In this document: positions 7,364-15,263 of the stretch, one piece after another
Position numbering within the stretch: position 1 is the first letter of the stretch
Layout: the number at the start of each line of letters is the position of its first letter
Source of the DNA: a virus
Lineage: Duplodnaviria; Caudoviricetes
Virus record (IMG/VR): IMGVR_UViG_3300006879_000014
Location: 1-31,538 of that record
DNA: 31,538 nt
Strand: one strand, 5' to 3'
Translations under genes and position numbers: made by a program
Notes under the pieces: model-generated
What the model was told of the DNA's origin: nothing
The model's input: only the letters and a program-made list of their open reading frames with translations
Database searches by the model: none

Positions 7364-7401
7364 AGTGTGACCACAGTCTGACCACTGACCACAGAACACG
7401 A

Positions 7402-7505
7402 ACACGGGAACGAGTTTGCACGGTTACGCGACACGGGAACGTGTAAACCCAGATCCGTGACACGGGAACGTGTAGGGCCTAGGTACATAAACACGGGAAC
7501 GTGTA
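7402..7505 (+). repeat. Four ACACGGGAAC(GTGTA) direct repeats at 29-31 bp spacing (iteron-like); fifth core copy at 6965
   Basis: Copies start at 7402, 7431, 7460 and 7491; the last three form ACACG-GGAA-CGTGT hairpins. Confidence 0.8.
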
Positions 7506-7964
7506 AGGCCGCGAACGATAGGACAACGCGTCGCATTCGGTGGGGGAAGCGACGGCGCAAGGAACGTAAGCCATGGATTCATAAGGGGATATGGACGGCC
7601 CACGGCCCCCTCGGCCCACGTATAATGCGGGGCACGGGGCACGGGGCCACCAAGCGCGCGGGCCTAAGTCCTTGATTCTGCTGGGCTTTTGCCACCGGTT
7701 CTGGGGGCGCCGAGAGGCCGCCGTGGGATGAACCGGCGATTCCGCTGGGGGTTTCAGAAACGGCGCGGGGGGACCGGGGGCCGTAGGTTCGAGGGGGGCC
7801 TAGGGAGGAGGGGTAGCCCTATACAATTTTCCCCAGAACCCAAAATCAGTTGTGCCACACCCCTCAACGAGCCAAGCCCTTGTGTACCCCTGAACGTGTG
7901 AGCAAACTGAGAATCGTCCCCAAAAATTTCTCGGCATCAAAAATATTTCGGATACCCAGAAACG

Positions 7965-7973
7965 TGCTATACT
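7965..7973 (+). promoter_or_regulatory. Possible extended -10 promoter (TGcTATACT) for the late/packaging operon
   Basis: TGnTATACT 20-40 nt upstream of terS; no convincing -35. Confidence 0.4.
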
Positions 7974-8010
7974 CGCGGAAATCTAACTACACACTTTGGT
8001 GAGAACAGCT

Positions 8011-8499
8011 GTGAGCGTTAAAGATTACGTATCAATCCCCGAGCTCCGGAACCTGAACATTGGGCAGGCGGCGTTCGTGATCGAGTACACCAAGGACTTC
8101 AACCCCGGGCTGGCTGCGGAACGGTGTGGCCTAGACGTGGCACATGGGCAGCGGCTGGTGGGGCAGGTGGACGTCAAGCGGGCCATCAACTTGGTACTGC
8201 AACGTCGGATGGCGACGTCGGACATTACGGCCGAGTGGTTGCTGTACGAGATGGTGGACAACCATAAGCTGGCACGGCAGGCGGGCAACCTATCGGCGAG
8301 CAACAAGGCGTTGGAGTTGATCGGCAAGATGGCCGTGGTCGACGCCTTCGCGGCGGACAAGATCGAGCTGAAAGTAGGCGAGGAACTCGCGGAGAGGCTG
8401 ATCCGAGGCCGGGAGCGGGCGAGGCTCAGGAACTCAGGCGCGGTGATCGAGGCGGAGTTTGAAGAGGAAGAGTCCGAGACCGAGATTACTTTTTTGTGA
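8011..8499 (+). CDS. terS: Terminase small subunit
   Basis: 'QAAFVIEYTKDFNPGLAAERCG' HTH and 'ITAEWLL...ASNKALELIGK' pattern; directly upstream of TerL. Start uncertain (TTG 7996, GTG 7999, GTG 8011). Confidence 0.85.
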   Translation: MSVKDYVSIPELRNLNIGQAAFVIEYTKDFNPGLAAERCGLDVAHGQRLVGQVDVKRAINLVLQRRMATSDITAEWLLYEMVDNHKLARQAGNLSASNKALELIGKMAVVDAFAADKIELKVGEELAERLIRGRERARLRNSGAVIEAEFEEEESETEITFL

Positions 8500-8508
8500 G
8501 GCGAAAGA

Positions 8509-10026
8509 ATGGAACCTAAGGACCTAGAAGAGATCGAACAGGAGCTGCAGCGTCGGTGCGCCATGTACTATGACGACCCCGTGGCGTGGGCGTACTGGGC
8601 GTTTGACTGGGGGCACGGCGAGCTGGCGGGCATTGACGGGCTGGATCCGTGGCAAGAGGAAGAACTCCGAGCACTGGGCGAGGCGATCAAGGACCGGGCG
8701 TTCAACGGCGTAGACCCCGTGGTGCCGATTCGATCTGCGGTGTCTTCGGGGCACGGGATCGGGAAGTCGGCGCTGGTGGCGATCGTGATCTTGTACATCA
8801 TGTCCACGCGTCCCCACGCCAAGGGCACGGTGACGGCGAACACCGGGGACCAGTTGCGGACCAAGACATGGGGTGAATTGGCGAAGTGGAAGAACCGGTG
8901 CCTCGTGGGGCATTGGTTTGAGTTGAACTCAGGTAAGGGGTCCTTGAGCTTGTACCACCCCGCGTACAGTGAGACGTGGCGGGTGGATGCGGTGACTTGT
9001 CGAGAAGAGAACTCGGAAGCCTTCGCAGGGCAGCACAACATGAACTCCACCTCGTTCTATATTTTTGACGAGGCGTCGGCGGTGCCGGACGTGATCTGGG
9101 AAGTTGCCGAAGGGGGCCTGACGGATGGTGAGCCCATGTTCTTTGCGTTCGGGAACCCGACGCGGAACACGGGGGAGTTTAAGAAAAAGTTTGGCGATTC
9201 CCGCTGGCGGACGAAACAGGTCGACAGCCGGACTGTGCGGTGGACCAACAAGGTCTTGTTGCAGGAATGGGCGGACGTCCACGGTGAGGACAGTGACTTC
9301 TTCCGGGTACGTGTTCGGGGAGTATTCCCGAGAGCGTCGGACATGCAATACTTCCCCACCGATGTGGTGGTGGCCGCGAGGACGCGGCCGGTGGCCCGGA
9401 GTCTCCGGGGGGAGCCGATCATCTGCGGCCTTGACTACGCACGCGGTGGGTCGGATAAGTGCGTCATCCAATTCCGACGAGGAAGGGATGCGAGGACTTT
9501 CGACCGATATGAGATCCCCGCAGAGAAGAGCCGGGACTCGATGAAGGTGGCTGCGCTGGTTGCTACCGCGCTGGACCGACACCGGCCGGACATTAGCTTT
9601 GGGGACGTGGGCTCGATGGGAGGGCCGATCAATGACCGCCTGAGGCAGTTGGGATACAACGTGGTGGATGTCGGATTCGGCCACCGAGCCGAAGAGGACT
9701 CTAAATACGCGGACCGCACGGCGGAGATGAGCGCTCGACTGTTGGAGTGGCTTCAGTCAGGGGGTGCGATGCCTGACGTCGAGGAGCTGGAAGAGGACCT
9801 CACAAACAGAGAGTTTACTTTCGACAGCAAGGACCGTCTGCTGATGGAAAGCAAGAAGCAAATGAAGGCGAGGATCGGGCGTTCCCCTGACGACATGGAC
9901 GCGCTGCTACTGACGTTCGCGTCCAGAACGGCCGTGAACCTATTGAAACTGAACGCGGAGGAGGAGGAAGACCTCTTCCCTACTGCGGGGAAACCTGCTA
10001 AAGTCACGCGATATGAGCCTTTCTGA
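8509..10026 (+). CDS. terL: Terminase large subunit (505 aa)
   Basis: Walker A SGHGIGKS, Walker B YIFDEAS, motif III GNPT, nuclease GLDYARGGSD and RSPDDMDAL. Confidence 0.97.
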   Translation: MEPKDLEEIEQELQRRCAMYYDDPVAWAYWAFDWGHGELAGIDGLDPWQEEELRALGEAIKDRAFNGVDPVVPIRSAVSSGHGIGKSALVAIVILYIMSTRPHAKGTVTANTGDQLRTKTWGELAKWKNRCLVGHWFELNSGKGSLSLYHPAYSETWRVDAVTCREENSEAFAGQHNMNSTSFYIFDEASAVPDVIWEVAEGGLTDGEPMFFAFGNPTRNTGEFKKKFGDSRWRTKQVDSRTVRWTNKVLLQEWADVHGEDSDFFRVRVRGVFPRASDMQYFPTDVVVAARTRPVARSLRGEPIICGLDYARGGSDKCVIQFRRGRDARTFDRYEIPAEKSRDSMKVAALVATALDRHRPDISFGDVGSMGGPINDRLRQLGYNVVDVGFGHRAEEDSKYADRTAEMSARLLEWLQSGGAMPDVEELEEDLTNREFTFDSKDRLLMESKKQMKARIGRSPDDMDALLLTFASRTAVNLLKLNAEEEEDLFPTAGKPAKVTRYEPF

Positions 10027-10040
10027 TTGAGGAAGAATAA

Positions 10041-10217
10041 ATGTGTACACCTAAGCCCAGCGTAGAAGTGCCAGAACCACCCCCGCTCCCACCTGAGGCA
10101 CCTCGATTGCCTGACCAGACGCCCATTCAAGGGCAGAGACGGGAAGCCATGGGGACTCTATTAACTGGCCCTGTGGGTGGTGCGGCATCTAGAACCTTGC
10201 TAGGAAGCGCGCGATGA
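10041..10217 (+). CDS. Small Pro-rich virion-associated protein (58 aa; T7 gp7.3-like position), missed by the ORF track
   Basis: GAGGA RBS; MCTPKPSVEVPEPPPLPP...TLLTGPVG...RTLLG, typical of the gene before the portal in this phage group; ATGA overlap with the portal. Confidence 0.8.
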   Translation: MCTPKPSVEVPEPPPLPPEAPRLPDQTPIQGQRREAMGTLLTGPVGGAASRTLLGSAR

Positions 10218-11914
10218 AGCGACACGATGTGGACTTGAGAAAACTAGAGAGAAGAGTGGTCTCCCTTGAGAAGGGCAGAGACACGTACCTCTCTACGTGG
10301 AAGGATCTCACCGAGAACTTCCTAGTCCACCGTGGAAGATATGATCTCGGCGACGTCAACGACGGCAAGCGACGAGACAATAAGATATTTAACAACACCC
10401 CGATTCTAGCACTGCGAGTTTTGACAGCGGGGCTAATGTCAGGGATCACCTCTCCCGCCCGGGAGTGGTTCCGCCTCTCCTCAGGGGACGTGGAGATGGA
10501 CAAAGAGGCCGAGGTACAGCAGTGGCTGTTCACGTGCACCCAGATCATGTACCGGGTGTTCTCGATCTCTAACCTCTACAACAGCCTTCAGACAGCCTAC
10601 GGTGAGCTAGGCAACTTCGGGACGTGCGCGATGGGCGTCTTCGAGGACGACGAGAACTTCATTCGATTCGAGACGCAGACAGCAGGGCAGTACGCCCTAG
10701 GCGAAGGCAAGCGAGAGCTGCCCGAGGCATTCTGCCTGCGAAGAAAGAAGTCGGTGGCTTCCTTGGTGAAAGACTATGGGCTTGAGAACTGCCCTCAGAC
10801 GGTCAAGAACCTATGGAAGAACGGCGGCGAAAACGACATGGTGGAAGTGCTCTACTTAGTAGAACCCAACGACGACCGGAACGACGAGAGCCCCTTCTCA
10901 TGGGACTTCCCCTTCCGTGCGGTCACGTGGGTCGCAGGGGCGTCGAAGAGAGACGGCGCGCTGCGAGTGTCAGGCCACCAGACTTTCCCCTTCCTTACCC
11001 CTCGGTGGGAGTTATCCCCCGGGGACTTATACGGCACGAACTCCCCGGGCCTCACGGCCTTGGGGGATGCCAAAGGATTGCAAGTAGCAGAGCGAGACAT
11101 CTTGGTCGCAACCGACCGACTCGCGGACCCGAGCTACGTTGCCTCCACGGCCTTGCGCAGACAGCTAGGGGACAACGCTCCCGAGCCGGGGAGAATTTAC
11201 TACGCGGAGAACCCCAAAGAGGACCTGTCCCCGCTCTTGCCAAATTACAACCCCTCACTTCAGCACATGGAAAACTCAGTCGCCAGATCGGAGCACAGAA
11301 TCCGAGAGGCGTTTTACGTTGACCTGTTCCGAGCGATGGACGCAATCGGAGAACGATCCGGTGTGACCGCACGAGAGGTGGTGGAGAGACACGAAGAGAA
11401 GCTGCTGCAGATCGGCCCTGTGCTAGAGAGAGTGCACAACGAGCTGCTAGACCCGCTGATCTCTCGAAGCTTTGAGATCATGCAGAGACAAGGCCTGCTG
11501 CCCGACGCACCTGAAATGCTGCAAGGGCAAGAGTTGCGGGTCGAGTATGTCTCTGCTCTGGCCCAAGCCCAACGCATGGTGGGCCTGCGGAACATCGAAC
11601 GCATGGTCGGGTTCGCAGGGCAAATCGCCCAGTTCGACCCCTCGGTCATTCATTACATCGACGGACCCAGAGTCCTCCGGGAGTACGGAAAGATTTCCGG
11701 TGCGGACCCAGATCTTCTGCGAGCGGAGGAGGAAGTGCAAGAGATTCTCGAAGCGCAGCGTGAGGAAGCGCAGCGACAAGAGATGGCGGAGCACGGAGCC
11801 CAAAGCGCCAAAGACTTGGCCTCGGCGGCGAAGATGGCCAGCGAGACGGAGACGGGGGGGTCTGAAGGAAGCATGTTGTCCCGCGCAATGCAGGCGGGCG
11901 GGGTAGGTTTGTAA
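10214..11914 (+). CDS. Portal / head-tail connector protein (T7 gp8-like, 566 aa)
   Basis: GLMSGITSPAREWF, PRW...YG..PG..ALGD.K.LQ, TAREVVERHEEKL..IGPVLER, LRVEYVSALAQAQ motifs. Confidence 0.95.
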   Translation: MKRHDVDLRKLERRVVSLEKGRDTYLSTWKDLTENFLVHRGRYDLGDVNDGKRRDNKIFNNTPILALRVLTAGLMSGITSPAREWFRLSSGDVEMDKEAEVQQWLFTCTQIMYRVFSISNLYNSLQTAYGELGNFGTCAMGVFEDDENFIRFETQTAGQYALGEGKRELPEAFCLRRKKSVASLVKDYGLENCPQTVKNLWKNGGENDMVEVLYLVEPNDDRNDESPFSWDFPFRAVTWVAGASKRDGALRVSGHQTFPFLTPRWELSPGDLYGTNSPGLTALGDAKGLQVAERDILVATDRLADPSYVASTALRRQLGDNAPEPGRIYYAENPKEDLSPLLPNYNPSLQHMENSVARSEHRIREAFYVDLFRAMDAIGERSGVTAREVVERHEEKLLQIGPVLERVHNELLDPLISRSFEIMQRQGLLPDAPEMLQGQELRVEYVSALAQAQRMVGLRNIERMVGFAGQIAQFDPSVIHYIDGPRVLREYGKISGADPDLLRAEEEVQEILEAQREEAQRQEMAEHGAQSAKDLASAAKMASETETGGSEGSMLSRAMQAGGVGL

Positions 11915-12189
11915 TGTCAAGGACCATGAACGAGATCGTGCGAGACCTGATGAGGACTGCCTTAGGCAGAGAGTTCGTGAGGGCGCTGGCGGAAGTCTGC
12001 GGCACTCACACCGAAACATTTACAAAATGCGAGCGTAGTGATACATTCGCGAGAGGGAGAAAGTCCGTGGGCGTCGCGATTGAGACGATGGCCCGAGAAG
12101 AGAACTTCGACCTCTACATCCTGTCCCTGAAAGAAGAGAGGGACGAGAACGCAAACGCAGCGAAAGGTGATAGATATGAAAGTTTCTGA
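11914..12189 (+). CDS. Conserved small protein between portal and scaffold (91 aa)
   Basis: TAATG coupling; 'LMRTALGREFV...TFARGRKSVG' pattern usual at this position in BPP-1/epsilon15-like phages. Confidence 0.8.
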   Translation: MSRTMNEIVRDLMRTALGREFVRALAEVCGTHTETFTKCERSDTFARGRKSVGVAIETMAREENFDLYILSLKEERDENANAAKGDRYESF

Positions 12190-12859
12190 GAACACTTGGG
12201 AAGACCCCTACCTCTTCGAGGAAGAAGAAGAGGAAGAGGAAGTTGACGACGGCGACGGCGGCGATGGCGGCGATGGCGGCGATGGCGGCGATGGCGGCGA
12301 AGGCGATGGCGGCGATGGCGATGGCGGCGATGGCGGCGATGGCGGCGAAGGCGAGGGCGGCGATGGCGGCGATGGCGAAGGCGAAGCTGCGACCCTAGAA
12401 AACATCACCCTCCCTGAGAACTTAGAGATCTCGGAAGAGGACTGGAACGCAGTGTCTGAAGTATTCAAAGGAGCAGGCACCACCCTCACAAAAGATGTTG
12501 CTCAAAAATTAGTAGACTTGGAGGCGAGTCGACTAGAACGATTCTCCTCCGAGCAGGCGAAGGCGCACGAAGAACGAGTGAAGTCGTGGGCGGAAGACAC
12601 CAAGAAAGACAAAGAGATAGGCGGGGCGAAGTTTGATGAGAACTTGGCGGCCGCCGAACAGGCAGTAAAAGCTCTAGCAACACCGGAGCTTAAGGAGCTG
12701 CTGGACAATACCGGGCTGGGCAACCACCCCGAGATGGTCCGGCTGTTCGTGAAACTCTCGCCCCTAGTTCGAGAGGATCAAGGCCTCAGCACAGGAGGAA
12801 CACGCGGGGGTGAAAGCAAGTCTCGTGCAGACCTTCTGTACGGAGACACCACCAAATAG
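12176..12859 (+). CDS. Capsid scaffolding protein with acidic Gly/Asp repeat
   Basis: ATG at 12176 after AAGGTG; 'DKEIGGAKFDENL...LLDNTGLGNHPEMVRLF'; lies just before the capsid gene. Confidence 0.88.
   Translation: MKVSENTWEDPYLFEEEEEEEEVDDGDGGDGGDGGDGGDGGEGDGGDGDGGDGGDGGEGEGGDGGDGEGEAATLENITLPENLEISEEDWNAVSEVFKGAGTTLTKDVAQKLVDLEASRLERFSSEQAKAHEERVKSWAEDTKKDKEIGGAKFDENLAAAEQAVKALATPELKELLDNTGLGNHPEMVRLFVKLSPLVREDQGLSTGGTRGGESKSRADLLYGDTTK
12218..12385 (+). repeat. Poly-Glu codons followed by a (GGCGATGGC)n tandem repeat encoding (GDG)n
   Basis: Direct reading: EEEEEEEEVDDGDGGDGGDGGDGGDGGEGDGG... Confidence 0.9.
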
Positions 12860-12891
12860 GTCATCAAGAGACCTAAAGACGGAGAAGAAAC

Positions 12892-13896
12892 ATGGCCATT
12901 ATTGGACATAGATTCCCAGACCTACTGGACCTGTACAAGTCGACTGACGGGGGCGGAGAGTGGCAAGCGATTATGGAAATGCTAGCCCAAGAAGCTCCTG
13001 AACTCAGCGATGCGTTATGGATCGAATGTAACCAAGGGAAAACTCATTTAACCACGGTGCGTACCGGTCTGCCCGAAGTAGCATGGGGTCGACTGTACAA
13101 GGGCATCCCGAACAGCAAATCAAGCCGAGCTCAGGTAACTGACGCGACTGGTTTCTGTGAAGGCCGCTCTACCGTAGATGCTCGACTGATTGACGAGTTG
13201 TCTGACGGCAAAGGTCCTCAGCTCCGATTGTCAGAGGCCGAAGGCTTCTTGCAGTCCATGAGTCAAGAGATCAGCGGTAAGATTTTCTACGGTAACGACG
13301 TCGAAAATCCAGACCAGTTCATGGGTTTGGCGCCTCGATTCTCGGACCTGAACGCGCCGAACGGCAGTCAGATTGTGGACGCCGGTGGTACCAACGACAC
13401 CAACACGTCGATCTGGTTCACCACATGGGGTGACAATCAGACCTCCCTGATCTATCCGAAAGGTACCCGAGCGGGCTTGATCCGCGAAGACCACGGCAAG
13501 CAGCGAGTAGAAGATGCAGAAGGCAACGCCTACTACGCGTACGAAGAAACTTTCCGCCAGCACATCGGTGTGTCGGTCCGCGACTGGCGCTATAACGCGC
13601 GTATCGCGAACATCGACATCGACGACGTGAAGGCTGGTACCGTTGACCTGTACGGCTTGATGCGCAAGGCCTACTACCGCTTGCAGAACCGACGCAACCA
13701 GAGCGGCAACATCAACATCTACTTGAACCGTGACATGCTGGAAGCGCTGGACGCTTTGGCGACCAACTCGGGTAACAGCGACAACTTTGTGCGATTAACT
13801 CGCAAGGAAGTTGAAGGCGAAGAGATCCTGACCTACCGTGGCATCCCGCTGCGCGAGACGGATGCGCTGATCAACACCGAGGAGACCGTGGCCTAA
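12892..13896 (+). CDS. Major capsid protein (epsilon15 gp7 / BPP-1 Bbp17-like HK97 fold, 334 aa)
   Basis: HLTTVRTGLP..WGRLY.G, FMGLAPRF, IVDAGGT...NTSIW, VRDWRY.ARIANID, YRGIPLRETDALINTE; GGAG RBS; high-expression codon style. Confidence 0.95.
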   Translation: MAIIGHRFPDLLDLYKSTDGGGEWQAIMEMLAQEAPELSDALWIECNQGKTHLTTVRTGLPEVAWGRLYKGIPNSKSSRAQVTDATGFCEGRSTVDARLIDELSDGKGPQLRLSEAEGFLQSMSQEISGKIFYGNDVENPDQFMGLAPRFSDLNAPNGSQIVDAGGTNDTNTSIWFTTWGDNQTSLIYPKGTRAGLIREDHGKQRVEDAEGNAYYAYEETFRQHIGVSVRDWRYNARIANIDIDDVKAGTVDLYGLMRKAYYRLQNRRNQSGNINIYLNRDMLEALDALATNSGNSDNFVRLTRKEVEGEEILTYRGIPLRETDALINTEETVA

Positions 13897-13928
13897 GCCA
13901 CGATTTCCTCCCATTTAGGAGAAAAACG

Positions 13929-14351
13929 ATGATTTTATCTCAAGAGTCTCTGTTCAGCGATGCGCAAGAACTGTCCTCCGGCTCGACTACCTCAACGAAC
14001 ATTATTCGTTTAGTGAAGCGAGCCCAGCCAGTTCTCTCTGCAGCTCCGTTCTTCGGCGACATCGGCAAAGGAAACCCTGTACCTTTACTGGTGCAGGTGG
14101 TGGAAGACTTCTCAGGTACAGGCGACCTGACAGTCAACATCGAAACCGGAAGCTCTGATGCACTGGGCACTGTGGTAGCATCCGTGACCATTCCCGAAGC
14201 GGATTTGGTGGCAGGCTATCGAAGCGCGATTCAGTTCCTCCCTGAAGGCATTACCGAAGAGTACCTAGGCTTGACCTATACGACCGATAACGAAGGGAAG
14301 GTAACCGCAGGCATCGTAGGCGGACGTCAGACGAACGGCTCCGGCTTCTAG
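13929..14351 (+). CDS. Capsid cement/decoration protein (Bbp16-like, 140 aa)
   Basis: MIL...LFSDAQ...STNII, DIGKG.PVPLLVQVVEDF, YLGLTYT...GKVTAGIV; directly after the capsid gene. Confidence 0.88.
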   Translation: MILSQESLFSDAQELSSGSTTSTNIIRLVKRAQPVLSAAPFFGDIGKGNPVPLLVQVVEDFSGTGDLTVNIETGSSDALGTVVASVTIPEADLVAGYRSAIQFLPEGITEEYLGLTYTTDNEGKVTAGIVGGRQTNGSGF

Positions 14352-14354
14352 TAC

Positions 14355-14380
14355 AGGGGGCGAGAGCTCCCTTTGCCTTT
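14355..14380 (+). terminator. Intrinsic terminator after the capsid/cement genes
   Basis: AGGGGGC-GAGA-GCTCCCT stem with GNRA loop, then TTGCCTTT. Confidence 0.6.
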
Positions 14381-14398
14381 ACTTCAAGGAGAAGACTG

Positions 14399-14662
14399 AT
14401 GGCACGTTACGTAGTTAAACCCGGGCACAAGGCGTTCATCGACGGCGCATTGCGATCTGAAGGGTATGAGTTTGTCCGTGAGAAAGCGTACAAAAAAGTA
14501 CCTGAGCATTTAGGCGTGGTGACTGCCAAGCCCAAGGCGAAAGCCCCTAAAGCGAAAGCCCCTAAGGCTGACGCAGGAAAAGCAGGTGCCCCTGTGAACT
14601 TCATGAGCGACGATGACGAAACTCAAGACATCGCGACCTCAGGCAAGACGGTGCAACTGTAA
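14399..14662 (+). CDS. Small virion-module protein with KAKAP repeats (87 aa)
   Basis: AAGGAG RBS; TAATG coupling to the next gene; 15-bp tandem repeat at 14534-14563. Confidence 0.8.
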   Translation: MARYVVKPGHKAFIDGALRSEGYEFVREKAYKKVPEHLGVVTAKPKAKAPKAKAPKADAGKAGAPVNFMSDDDETQDIATSGKTVQL

Positions 14663-15261
14663 TGAGCAAGATCGAGATCTGGAACTTGGCGCTCGGGCAT
14701 CTGAGAGCGGGCTCAATCCAGTCGGAACTAGAGCGGTCCGCCGCGCGGGAGTATTGCGAGCTGTACTATCCAGCTTGCAAGAGCTCTCTGCTATCGGAAG
14801 GACCATGGGGTTTTGCTACGACGAAAGTCGCACTAGCCTCTCGCTCTGAAGTCCCGGCAGGATGGCCCAACGCTTTCGTGCTGCCCGAAGGCCATCTCCG
14901 GATCTGGTCTGTTCACCCTCACCATGGGGGAGCATTTGACAGCGACCGGGGGAACCACTTCGAGTTGAGGTACAACGTCAGTGAAGGGACCACCGATCTT
15001 GTCACAGAGATCCCCAACCCAGTAGCAAGAATCACGATGTTGGTGAGCGACGAAGTCCTCCCCCAACACATTGTGATTGCATTATCCCATCTTCTTGCGG
15101 CAAACTTATCCGTACCATTAGCCGGTGCAGCCGCAGGGACTAGATTCCAAAAAGAGCAAATGGAGTGGTACGAGAGAGCTCTCGCAGCCGCTCACGCGAT
15201 TGACTCCACAGATAAGCGGCTGCCCCAAAGCGAGAGTAGATATGTTCTTGCGAGGAGATAA
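14662..15261 (+). CDS. Tail tubular protein A / adaptor (T7 gp11-like, 199 aa)
   Basis: SKIEIWNLALGHL...IQS..E...A...C..YY...PWGFAT...W..AF.LP pattern; gene position. Confidence 0.88.
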   Translation: MSKIEIWNLALGHLRAGSIQSELERSAAREYCELYYPACKSSLLSEGPWGFATTKVALASRSEVPAGWPNAFVLPEGHLRIWSVHPHHGGAFDSDRGNHFELRYNVSEGTTDLVTEIPNPVARITMLVSDEVLPQHIVIALSHLLAANLSVPLAGAAAGTRFQKEQMEWYERALAAAHAIDSTDKRLPQSESRYVLARR

Positions 15262-15263
15262 AA

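Noticed and set aside
7402-7505. Mini-CRISPR array
   Set aside because: Repeats of 10-15 bp with 14-19 bp gaps are too short for CRISPR repeats and spacers.
7110-7901. Short ORFs in the central intergenic region
   Set aside because: No RBS, low-complexity translations derived from repeats, and overlapping frames on both strands; treated as non-coding.
12208-12489. Minus-strand Ser/Pro-rich (SPP)n ORF
   Set aside because: Reverse complement of the (GGCGAT)n repeat in the scaffold gene.
13860-13930. T7 gp10B-like programmed frameshift at the end of the capsid gene
   Set aside because: No slippery heptamer is visible before the stop, and the next gene has its own RBS.
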